The notes under the pieces: generated by a model
The model's input: the letters and a program-made list of their open reading frames with translations, nothing else
The model's database searches: none
What the model was told of the DNA's origin: nothing
Shown: positions 20,201 through 28,152 of the stretch, piece by piece
Layout: each line of letters opens with the position of its first letter
Position numbering within the stretch: position 1 is the stretch's first letter
Assembly: GCA_039931355.1 (NCBI GenBank)
Contig: JBDTSD010000007.1
Coordinates: 314 to 64,313 of the forward strand
Direction of reading: 5' to 3'
DNA from: Ginsengibacter sp.
Lineage (GTDB): Bacteria > Bacteroidota > Bacteroidia > Chitinophagales > Chitinophagaceae
Length of the DNA stretch: 64,000 bases
Position numbers and translations under genes: made by a program

Positions 20201-20815
20201 AGCAATCACCAGTTCGTCTGGTACCATTGATTTTATCTGTTCATCACTCAACAACTCAAGTTTATTTACTTCATGTGACGTGCGGAAGCCGTCAAAGAAA
20301 TGAAGAAAAGGAATTCTTGATTTCAAAGATGCAACCTGTGTAATCAATGCAAAATCGTGCGCTTCCTGTACACTCGCAGAACTTAACATTGCAAAACCCG
20401 TAGTTCTTGCCGCCATCACATCCTGGTGATCACCAAAGATGGAAAGCGCCTGTGCCGCTAATGAACGGGCGGCGACATGAAATACTGTCGGCGTAAGTTC
20501 CCCGGCAATTTTGTACATGTTGGGCAACATCAACATCAGACCCTGCGAAGCAGTAAATGTTGTTGTAAGCGAGCCCGTTTGCAAAGCACCGTGTACTGTG
20601 CCGGCAGCGCCGCCTTCGCTTTGCATTTCCATCACTTCAGGTGTGGAGCCCCATATATTCTTTATTCCTTTTGAAGCCCACTCGTCAGCCAGTTCGGCCA
20701 TGGTGGATGATGGTGTAATGGGATAGATGGCACAAACTTCATTCACCCGATAGGCAACATAGGCTGCCGCTTCGTTTCCATCTATCGTCGCAATTATTTT
20801 TTTATTACCTGGCAT
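17237..20815 (-). CDS. nifJ: Pyruvate:ferredoxin/flavodoxin oxidoreductase (homodimeric type)
   Basis: IDGNEAAA, YPITPSSTMAE, SEGGAAG, CIQCGNCAYVCPH, FSGACAGCGETPY, GGDGWAYDIGYGGLDH. Confidence 0.97.
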   Translation of the reverse strand: MPGNKKIIATIDGNEAAAYVAYRVNEVCAIYPITPSSTMAELADEWASKGIKNIWGSTPEVMEMQSEGGAAGTVHGALQTGSLTTTFTASQGLMLMLPNMYKIAGELTPTVFHVAARSLAAQALSIFGDHQDVMAARTTGFAMLSSASVQEAHDFALITQVASLKSRIPFLHFFDGFRTSHEVNKLELLSDEQIKSMVPDELVIAHRNRGLNPEHPFIRGTAQNPDVYFQARETVNSFYNNLPGIVEEVMNDFEKMTGRTYELFQYSGAPDAEQIVFIMGSGGETVVETVKALNDKGEKTGVIQVRLYRPFSLEHLIKAIPASVKSIAVLDRTKESGAAGEPMYQDVLAVLVEALQQGKLEKLPNIVGGRYGLSSKEFTPAMVKGVFDELKKKQPKNSFTIGINDDVTFTSLAYDPSFTLDESEWRQGLFFGLGADGTVGANKNTIKIIGENTDLFGQGYFVYDSKKSGARTVSHLRFGPKPIRAPYLITKADFIACHQFNFIEKVQMLEFAKDGATFLINSPYNKDEVWDKLTGQAQKMIIDKKLKVYVIDATTVARDTGMSGRVNTIMQTCYFALSGVLPREDAIKQIKKSIEKSYFKKGQKVVEQNFKAVDATLENLFEVDVPQKVSSVDYSTLTVSENAPDFVQQVTAMMMAGHGDDLPVSKLPVDGTYPSGTTQWEKRNVSDVVAQWEPDLCIQCGNCAYVCPHSVIRAKFYHKDNLKKAPGDFKYAPINARGFPETEYSLQVYLEDCTGCNLCVEACPATDPANRSRKAINMVEKAPVLETEKQNIDFFETITWNDRSKIDFSTVHGAQFLEPLFEFSGACAGCGETPYLKLLSQLFGDRLLVANATGCSSIYGGNLPTTPWSMNKEGRGPAWSNSLFEDNAEFGLGMRITADKQLDIAKQFLLELKNELGENFVNEILAAEQIQESELENQRKRIQQLKEKLKTMNSPAANHLLSVCDQFVRRSVWLVGGDGWAYDIGYGGLDHALASGKNVKVLVLDTEVYSNTGGQSSKATPTAATAKFAAGGKRGGKKDLAMQAISYGNVYVARVAFGANPQQTLLAMREADAYDGPSLILAYSPCIAHGYDLKNGLDQQNKAVASGHWPLLRYNPTLRNKNQNPFVLDSPRPTIALKDYAYNELRYKILTVTNPDEADKLMKHAQDLVNLKWKNYEELATKKASDFVPIHN

Positions 20816-20920
20816 TATTTGTTGAATTAATACATTTATAAATTTAAACTTAACAACATTGATTTTGCTTTAGTTCCGTGTGTGATAGCTTCATTCGTTT
20901 TTAATGAAAAATCGCCCCCA

Positions 20921-22549
20921 TCAAACCTTTACACCCGGTTCGGGGATCATTTCTATTGCATGGCAGGGACATTGCTCATAACACACTCCGCAACCGGTGC
21001 AGGCATCGAAGTTGAATTTATAACGGTTACCCTTACCCAGTTTTATGATGGCATCTTCCGGGCAGGCTCCAAAGCATCCATCACATTCAAAACAGTTACC
21101 GCAACTCAGGCATCGCTGCGCTTCAAATCTTGCTTCCGGTTCTGTGAGGCCTGTAATCACTTCGTCAAAACTTTTTATTGCAACAGCCGGCGGCAGTTTC
21201 TCCTGCTCCTGTTGGGGAGCATCTGTTTTGTACCACATATGCAGTTTACGATAGCCGGCGGTCGGATGCTTATCCGGTTTTTCGTAAGGTTCCTGCATCA
21301 AAAAAGCGTCGATATATTTTGCTGTTTTTTTCCCCTGGCCTATGGCAATAGTTGAGCTCCTGTTTTCACCGGGCAGCATATCCCCTCCGGCGAAAATTCC
21401 TTCATAGCCCGTCATACGTTGTGCATCGATTTTTACAGTTTCATCTTCGCCGAAGGTGATACCGGGAACGGAACGGAGAAACCCCGAGTCAGCTTCCTGT
21501 TTGTTGGCTATGATCAACACATCTGCTGCTATTGTTTCGTATTCATTTGTACCCAGCGCTTTTCCTTTTTCCACAACCATCTTCTCCAATGTAATATTGT
21601 TATTTGTAACAGATTTGATACTTCTTAAAAGCTGCACATCCACCCCTTCTGCCAATGCATCCTCCGTTTCATAATCATACGCAGGCATCAGTTTTTTATC
21701 GCCGGGGAAATAAACAGAGACTTCTGAATTCAACCTTTTTACAATACGGGCAAGGTATAAGGCCAGTTTTCCACCGCCATACACCACCACTTTCTTGTAA
21801 GAGTATGGAGATGTATATAACGCCAATTCATTAAAGAAAGCAAATGCGTTTGTGATGTATATTGATTTATCATCTTGAAAATCTTCTTTTCGTATTTGCT
21901 GAGCGCCGGTAGCAAGATACACGGCATCAAAGTTGCCGACTTTCTTTTCCATCAGCACATCGTTCACTTTGTAATTTAACCTGATCCTGACACCCAATGT
22001 TACAATGCGATTGATCTCTGCATCGAGTATCTCTTTTGGCAAACGATAATCCGGAACTCCTGTCCACAAAAGGCCACCTGCATGGCTACCTGCTTCAAAA
22101 ATCTCGACCGTATGGCCCATGCGCACCAGGTGATAGGCGGCGGATAAACCAGATGGGCCTGCTCCTATTACCAATACTCTTTTACCCGTCGGATTCGAAA
22201 GAAATTGTATCGGCCATTTGCGGGCGATCGCTTCATCACCAATAAACCTTTCGATGGCGTGAATATTTACAGTGGTATCAATGTGTGTGCGGTTACAACC
22301 TGTTTCGCAGGGCTTAACACATACCCGGCCCATAACAGCCGGAAAGGGATTGTCTTCCACAAGAACCTCAAAAGCTTCGAAATAATTACCAGCCTGTGCG
22401 TGTGCCATCCACCCCTGTATATTTTCACCGGCGGGGCAAGCACTGTTGCAGGGAGGCATGAAATCAACATACACAGGCCGGCGCACTCGTTTGGGGCCGG
22501 TGCCTTCGGCGTGTATAGTAAGGTCGATAGGTTTAGTAATATCAAACAT
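20921..22549 (-). CDS. GltD-like FAD/Fe-S oxidoreductase with a C-terminal 2x[4Fe-4S] ferredoxin domain
   Basis: PPCNSACPAG, GRVCVKPCETGCNR, IGAGPSGL, RCLSCGNCFECDGCFGACP, CTGCGVCYEQCPC. Confidence 0.9.
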   Translation of the reverse strand: MFDITKPIDLTIHAEGTGPKRVRRPVYVDFMPPCNSACPAGENIQGWMAHAQAGNYFEAFEVLVEDNPFPAVMGRVCVKPCETGCNRTHIDTTVNIHAIERFIGDEAIARKWPIQFLSNPTGKRVLVIGAGPSGLSAAYHLVRMGHTVEIFEAGSHAGGLLWTGVPDYRLPKEILDAEINRIVTLGVRIRLNYKVNDVLMEKKVGNFDAVYLATGAQQIRKEDFQDDKSIYITNAFAFFNELALYTSPYSYKKVVVYGGGKLALYLARIVKRLNSEVSVYFPGDKKLMPAYDYETEDALAEGVDVQLLRSIKSVTNNNITLEKMVVEKGKALGTNEYETIAADVLIIANKQEADSGFLRSVPGITFGEDETVKIDAQRMTGYEGIFAGGDMLPGENRSSTIAIGQGKKTAKYIDAFLMQEPYEKPDKHPTAGYRKLHMWYKTDAPQQEQEKLPPAVAIKSFDEVITGLTEPEARFEAQRCLSCGNCFECDGCFGACPEDAIIKLGKGNRYKFNFDACTGCGVCYEQCPCHAIEMIPEPGVKV

Positions 22550-22721
22550 ATTAAAACTAATAATTTTGAAAGATTAATTTTCTAAGTAGTAATCAAGGGG
22601 CTGTTAAACCGCTGTAAAATAGAATAACCAGCTCTTAGAAAAGATGATAAAATTCACATTAAAGAATGATATTGATCACACGCCTTCCCGCAAATTAGCC
22701 GGGATCGTATCATCTGGGTGA

Positions 22722-22844
22722 TTATACCGCAATGCAAGCCAGCCTTAAACTCAGGCAATAAACAAAGAATACCACACAGTAATAAAGTGAAACTGCCACC
22801 GCTAAGAAGGCTATGTATTGCAACCATGAAATTCCTGAAAGTAT
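22722..22844 (-). pseudogene. Possible remnant of a small membrane protein gene
   Basis: Frame reads ILSGISWLQYIAFLAVAVSLYYCVVFFVY with ATA where ATG would be expected; resemblance to Bacteroidota ICE-associated small proteins is from memory only. Confidence 0.25.
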
Positions 22845-23195
22845 GTCCTCGTATTTTTTTTAAACAAATAGCATAAGGGTGAAAAACCACCTTTTACCTC
22901 CGACTATGCTGGTAACTGCTGGCGCCAATGACAGCTGTGTTGGGTAAACCTTGTTATCCTGCACATGGACTACAACAGTGGGGATGGGAGCGGTCAAAGT
23001 ATGGAACAGGCATTGATAACTGGGATTTTGTATTTGAATTTATTGTGAATGAGTGGGGGTTGTGAGGTAGGGTTGTCTAGACTACTGTTGGTGTTTTTGG
23101 CATGGCTTTGCATGTGGCATTTACTCTCACACGAGAGCAACGACAGTTCTTATCTAATGAGATGTAAAATATCATTTATCTTTCATATCATTACA

Positions 23196-23212
23196 GTCAG
23201 GTTTATCCTGAC
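23196..23212. promoter_or_regulatory. Palindromic operator candidate upstream of abiEi
   Basis: gtcagg-tttat-cctgac, 9 bp before the ATG, downstream of a near -7 box (tatctttc). Confidence 0.55.
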
Positions 23213-23221
23213 ATATTTACT

Positions 23222-24043
23222 ATGAAGAATAAATATATATCAACGCAGTCCAATGAATTGCTATCTTATTTCAATGAGCAGAATAAGGCTGGTTTTGATT
23301 ATAGTGAGGCTTTCAGAGCATTGCCAGAGTCAAAGGACAGCACTCTTCGGGAGCTACTTAGCGACATGACAAAACGAGGACTTTTAATGCGATTAAAAGA
23401 AGGTGTTTATTACATCATTCCCTACGAGCAAAAGGCTGAATCATTTATGCCCGACTGGCATTTGATAGCAGAGCATTTGGTAAAAGATGCCAAACACTAT
23501 ATCGGTTACTATTCTGCTTTGCAAATTCATAACCTGATTACTCAACCTTCTTTAAAAGAACAGATTGTTGTTTCCAGACAACTCCGGCCATCAGAAATAA
23601 AAATCAAAAATGTTTCTTTTCAATTTATTTATCACAATGAAAAACATTTTTTTGGAGCAAAAAAAATATGGATAGATAATTTCAACAAGGTGCTTTGCTC
23701 AGACTTAGAAAAAACTTTTGTTGATTGCCTTTTCAAACCTGATTATGCTGGTGGCATGGTTGAAATAGCAAGAGCCATTTATATCTCAAAAGATAAAATC
23801 AAATTTGATACGTTGTTTGAGTATGTCAAAAAATTTAATTCACAAGCGGTAATAAAACGGTTGGGATTTCTTTTAGAAACGCTGGAAATAAATAACAGTA
23901 TAATTGATGAATTACAGAAACTTAAAACTACCTCTTATGTAATTGCGGATACAGAATTACCAAAAACGGGAAAACGAATCAGCAGATGGAGCATTCAGCA
24001 GAATATAGAAACGGAAACAATTAAATCAGCTATTTACACATGA
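23222..24043 (+). CDS. abiEi: Type IV TA antitoxin, AbiEi family transcriptional regulator
   Basis: N-terminal wHTH (LSDMTKRGLLMRLKEGVY), YIGYYSALQIHNL, SDLEKTFVDCL, KRLGFLLE. Confidence 0.88.
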   Translation: MKNKYISTQSNELLSYFNEQNKAGFDYSEAFRALPESKDSTLRELLSDMTKRGLLMRLKEGVYYIIPYEQKAESFMPDWHLIAEHLVKDAKHYIGYYSALQIHNLITQPSLKEQIVVSRQLRPSEIKIKNVSFQFIYHNEKHFFGAKKIWIDNFNKVLCSDLEKTFVDCLFKPDYAGGMVEIARAIYISKDKIKFDTLFEYVKKFNSQAVIKRLGFLLETLEINNSIIDELQKLKTTSYVIADTELPKTGKRISRWSIQQNIETETIKSAIYT

Positions 24044-24864
24044 TTAAGCCCATAGAGATAAAACAGAAGGCAAGAGAAGCGGGCGTTCGTGACCAGCAGA
24101 TAGAAAAGGACTATGTGCTTTCATGGATATTGAATGGTGTTGCACAACATGAACAGCTTTCAAAAATAATTGTATTTAAAGGTGGGACTGTTTTAAAGAA
24201 AATTTATTTCGAAGACTATCGGTTTTCTGAAGACCTTGATTTTACATTACTCAACAATGAAATAACCAATGAACAAATATTTACCTGGTTCAAAGAAACG
24301 TTTGAATATATTTTGGAAGAAGCAAACATAGTGCTCGGAATTATTAACCCCGATAGTAATCGGGGCAGGCCCGAACATGAAGATGGCGGTATCAATTTTT
24401 ACATCAGCTATACCGGTCCGCTTGGCGGGCAAGGCAATAATAAAAGAGTAAAAGTTGATATTTCCAGAAGTGAAAAACTGGAATTTGAACCGGTATTGAA
24501 AACGGGTATCATTGGCTATTCTGATTTAGAAGAACATCAACTATTATGTTATTCGCTTGAAGAAGTGTTGGTAGAAAAAATGCGGACAGTTATGCAGCGG
24601 ATGCAGGCAAGAGATTTTTATGACATCTGGTTTTTATTGGAACACCATGGGATGGATGCAGCATTTCATATAAATGAATTTGCAAAGAAATGTGCCAGCA
24701 AGAATTTGAACTACCTTGATTTCCCTAAAAAATTAGCCGAACGGTTACCACAATACAAAGGACGTTGGAAAAGCTCCATGAATGAACAGATAAAAAACTT
24801 ACCGGATTTTGAACAGGTAGAAAGAGAAGTGCAAAGACATTTAAAGAAATTGAAATTACAATGA
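24040..24864 (+). CDS. abiEii: Type IV TA toxin, AbiEii nucleotidyltransferase
   Basis: EKDYVLSWIL, FKGGTVLKKIYF, RFSEDLDF, EKMRTV, ARDFYDIW; ATGA overlap with abiEi. Confidence 0.92.
   Translation: MIKPIEIKQKAREAGVRDQQIEKDYVLSWILNGVAQHEQLSKIIVFKGGTVLKKIYFEDYRFSEDLDFTLLNNEITNEQIFTWFKETFEYILEEANIVLGIINPDSNRGRPEHEDGGINFYISYTGPLGGQGNNKRVKVDISRSEKLEFEPVLKTGIIGYSDLEEHQLLCYSLEEVLVEKMRTVMQRMQARDFYDIWFLLEHHGMDAAFHINEFAKKCASKNLNYLDFPKKLAERLPQYKGRWKSSMNEQIKNLPDFEQVEREVQRHLKKLKLQ
24347..24364. repeat. cccgatNNNNatcggg palindrome (family Q) in frame inside abiEii
   Basis: ccccgatagtaatcgggg within the segment encoding NPDSNRG. Confidence 0.7.
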
Positions 24865-24865
24865 C

Positions 24866-24952
24866 CAGTAACGGACCGATGGTTAAAGAATGCTGGACAA
24901 ACAAATTTATTCAGCAAAAGCTGAATTGCTTCAATTTTAATCCTTGTTAGCC
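24866..24952 (+). repeat. Degenerate attC-like element after abiEii
   Basis: cagTAAC 1 bp after the stop ... GTTAGCC, with weak internal inverted complementarity. Confidence 0.35.
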
Positions 24953-25172
24953 GCCTTGGAATTTGGCGTCTTCCCGGGAGAGTATAAATGGTGATCGGAA
25001 AAATTTTATTAAAGGAGATAAGATACCCGATAGCCTTGGATTTGATTGGTTAGTGCATGGTGACGGCATTAATTTTTCGCGGAACACCCATAGGGGCTAA
25101 AAAAAGAAGTGAATCTATTGGTCGATGTAAGTTGTACTTTTAAAAAAATTTCTGTATCAAAAATTAAACATA

Positions 25173-25451
25173 ATGGCATCTCCCAAAGATCTTAAGATTC
25201 TAGCTGTTAAGAATTCAAATCCTGAGTTGTATGAAAAAGTAATGAAAGGTGATATGAGTATACAAGATGCATACAATGAAACAAAAAGAATACAGTTAGG
25301 TCTTAGTGAGTTCAGAGGAAAAAACTCTAAGAAAAAAGAATTTAGCACTGATTTTAAAAGAATAATTCAATTGCACAATCCGTCGTCGGATGAACTTATC
25401 ACTGAAATAAAAAAAGCCTATCCATTAACTTGGAAGGAATTTTTAAAATAA
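25173..25451 (+). CDS. Small helical hypothetical protein
   Basis: 92-aa ORF with AT-rich leader; PELYEKVMKGDMSIQDAY resembles a helical motif recalled from ParB-associated proteins. Confidence 0.65.
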   Translation: MASPKDLKILAVKNSNPELYEKVMKGDMSIQDAYNETKRIQLGLSEFRGKNSKKKEFSTDFKRIIQLHNPSSDELITEIKKAYPLTWKEFLK

Positions 25452-25488
25452 ACTTTGTTCCAGGGGTTAAGTTTTTGTTGGTTAACAC

Positions 25489-25496
25489 TACATTTG
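25489..25496 (+). promoter_or_regulatory. -7 promoter box upstream of the sigma-like gene
   Basis: tacatttg matches TAnnTTTG exactly. Confidence 0.5.
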
Positions 25497-25617
25497 TATA
25501 GAGAATTTTACATATTATTTTTAAACCGGAGCGTTTCTGACACCGTAGGGGTTCAATAGTAGCCCCTCTGAATCAACAGAACAACAGTTGCAGAACACTC
25601 CACAAATCTGCACTGTA

Positions 25618-26244
25618 ATGGACAAACAATCCAAGCCGGGTTATTACATTTTCCATCCTGAAAAAGGCAACGAATTATTTTTACTCCGTGCTGCAAAGGC
25701 CAGCGATAAATTGCATGCAAGAGCCGCAAAGAATCAACTCATTATTGACAATGAAGGTTTTCTTCGGGCTACAATTCAAGAATGGGTCGGATTAAAATCA
25801 TTTATTGACTTTGACTATTTGCTTGAAGAAGCACGAATCTCTTTTTTTACAGCCATTGAGAAATATGACTTGAATCAAGATGTTTCAATTCGTACTTACG
25901 CAAAGTTCCATCTCATGGAATTGAGAAGGCAAACTTTTAGGCCAACAAAATTCACGGAGTTTAAAAAAGAATATTGCGGAGAAACATTTTTTCTTCCGAA
26001 TCCTGATTTCAAAAATTTTGACTTGAAAGCAATCGTAATGACTGCTCTGGAAAAAGCACTCACTATACTTGAACAAGAAGTAATCTACATGCACTTTTTT
26101 GAAGGATACAAAAAGAGGCAGATTGCATTGCAACGCCAATGTTCGGAAGCGAGAGTTTGCACCATTGTAAAAAATGCTCTCCCGAAACTCAAAGTATATC
26201 TCCTAAGTATCGGCATCGTTCCCGGATTTCTCGAACTCAATTAA
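25618..26244 (+). CDS. Sigma-70 family factor-like protein (regions 2 and 4 only; ATG 25618 or TTG 25588)
   Basis: AKNQLIIDNEGFL (2.1), LLEEARISFFTAIEKYD (2.2), SIRTYA (2.3), LTILEQEVIYMHFFEGYKKRQIA..SEARVCTIVKNALPKLK (region 4 HTH). Confidence 0.75.
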   Translation: MDKQSKPGYYIFHPEKGNELFLLRAAKASDKLHARAAKNQLIIDNEGFLRATIQEWVGLKSFIDFDYLLEEARISFFTAIEKYDLNQDVSIRTYAKFHLMELRRQTFRPTKFTEFKKEYCGETFFLPNPDFKNFDLKAIVMTALEKALTILEQEVIYMHFFEGYKKRQIALQRQCSEARVCTIVKNALPKLKVYLLSIGIVPGFLELN

Positions 26245-26285
26245 ACAATCAATCAAATAATTTCAAACAAATTAATTCAAACAAA

Positions 26286-28112
26286 ATGGAAGCAACAGTT
26301 AAAACAAATGAGATAGAATCTCTACAAGGTTTAGAACGCCAACGGGCATTTCTTGACACTATCAAAGCAGGGGGCACAAAGGATGATTCCTTTTTCGTTA
26401 CCGAAAAAGTAATGGAGAGTATGCGTGATAGCGGCTACCGCGACATACGCAAAGCTCTTAATGATTTAATGGATAATGCTGAACAAGCCGGAGCAAAGAA
26501 AATTGCAATTATAACCACGACTGAAAAGGAGAATGTAAAAGGTGCAAGAGAAAAAATTTCAAATATTGCTGTTATTGATGATGGACATGGAATGTTCCCA
26601 GAGATGTTAGAGATTGCGGTTAAGTGGGGAGGCACAGACAGACATAACCAAAGAGATGGGTTAGGAAGATTTGGTTTTGGCCTGCCAACCGCATCCATAA
26701 GCGTAACCCGTGTGTATGAAGTTTACTCCAAAACAAAAGGAGGTGATTGGCACAAAGTAAAAGTTGACCTTAATGAAATTGCTAAGAAAGCAATGACAAG
26801 CGGAGGCAACGCATCTTTTACTCCACAGTTTGAAAAAGGAACTCCACCCGCTTTTGTAAAAGAGTATATCAAAAAGCAATGGAAGAAAGACGACCTCGAA
26901 CACGGCACAGTTGTTTTGCTTTTGAATCCTGATAGAATTAGAAGTTATGCTTTACCACAAACTTTTCAACGAAAGATGTTAGAAAATATTGGATTAACCT
27001 ATCGACACTTTATGCCCGATTTAAATTTTTCGGTTAACGATAAGAAAGTTGAAATGATAGACCCACTTTTCCTAAATCCCAATTGTATGGGCTATGATGT
27101 AGGCAACGGTCATTTTGCTGAAGGGCTTGATGAAATGATAATCCCCGTTAAAAATAAGTTGGCAAATGGGAAGGATATTGTTGGTAATATAAGATTGAGG
27201 TTTTCATTTATGCATCCTAAGTTTCAAAAGGGCGACCCAGAGAAATACACTAATAAGGGAGAGATTCCTATCCGAATGAATACCATGAAAGAAAACAATG
27301 GTTATTTCATTGTGTGCAGAGCGGGTCGCCAAATTGATGTTGTGAGGGATACAAATTATCAAAGCAATAATGATAATACAACAATTGTCAACTATGATGT
27401 TAACTGGGGCATTGAATTACACTTTGAACCAATCTTAGATGAACTATTCGGGATTACGACGAATAAGCAACAAGTTGAAATTGATTCTTATCTCTGGGAT
27501 ATTTTTAAAGAGAATAACATACCAGCAATTGTTACTTCTTTTCGCTCAAGGCATAAAAAACTAATAACAAAAGATGAAGTTATCACCGAGGAGAAAAAAG
27601 ATGAGAGCAGAAGTTCAGAACAAATAATGACTGATGCTGACAAGTTCGACCAACTTGAATTGCCTATTTTAAAGAAGGAACAAGGAGAAGAAAAGCTCAG
27701 GGAAAAAGCAGAAGAAATTGCGCAGAAGGAAAATGAAAAAGTCGAGACGGTTGTCGAAAGAATGGAAATAGAAGCAGAGAAAAAGAAATTCAAAATTGAA
27801 TTCACTGACTTCCCTGGGGCACCGTTCTACGATGTTGAAATTTGGGGTAAGCAAATCAGAATTAAGATTAATACTGCACACCGTTTTTATGCTGACATTT
27901 ATTCACAGCAAGACCATCGAGGAAAAACAGCAATTGAACTCTTGTTATTTGTATTTGGAAAATGTGAAGCTGAGTCAGATGGCGAGAAGCAACTTTTTTA
28001 TGGCAACGAAAGATTTGAATGGTCGAAGCAACTTGATTTGAGATTGAAGATGCTTGACAAGCAAGACCCAATGGCTGATAAACTTTCTTTCGTAGAGGAA
28101 GAAGCGAGTTAA
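26286..28112 (+). CDS. MORC-type GHKL ATPase 1 (start placed at ATG 26286)
   Basis: RDSGY, NDLMDNAEQA (N-box), DDGHGM (G1), GRFGFGLPTASIS (G2); S5-like RAGRQID and ELFGITTNKQ; charged helical linker; INTAHRFY tail domain. Confidence 0.88.
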   Translation: MEATVKTNEIESLQGLERQRAFLDTIKAGGTKDDSFFVTEKVMESMRDSGYRDIRKALNDLMDNAEQAGAKKIAIITTTEKENVKGAREKISNIAVIDDGHGMFPEMLEIAVKWGGTDRHNQRDGLGRFGFGLPTASISVTRVYEVYSKTKGGDWHKVKVDLNEIAKKAMTSGGNASFTPQFEKGTPPAFVKEYIKKQWKKDDLEHGTVVLLLNPDRIRSYALPQTFQRKMLENIGLTYRHFMPDLNFSVNDKKVEMIDPLFLNPNCMGYDVGNGHFAEGLDEMIIPVKNKLANGKDIVGNIRLRFSFMHPKFQKGDPEKYTNKGEIPIRMNTMKENNGYFIVCRAGRQIDVVRDTNYQSNNDNTTIVNYDVNWGIELHFEPILDELFGITTNKQQVEIDSYLWDIFKENNIPAIVTSFRSRHKKLITKDEVITEEKKDESRSSEQIMTDADKFDQLELPILKKEQGEEKLREKAEEIAQKENEKVETVVERMEIEAEKKKFKIEFTDFPGAPFYDVEIWGKQIRIKINTAHRFYADIYSQQDHRGKTAIELLLFVFGKCEAESDGEKQLFYGNERFEWSKQLDLRLKMLDKQDPMADKLSFVEEEAS

Positions 28113-28114
28113 GT

Positions 28115-28139
28115 AAAAGGGGGCTAACGTCCCCCTTTT
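28115..28139 (+). terminator. Intra-operon hairpin between the two ATPase genes
   Basis: aaaaggggg-ctaacgt-ccccctttt. Confidence 0.55.
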
Positions 28140-28152
28140 AAATTTCACAAAC

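Noticed and set aside
26139-26285. 49-aa N-terminal extension of ATPase 1 in the ORF track
   Set aside because: Overlaps the sigma-like gene; ATG 26286 follows a typical AT-rich leader
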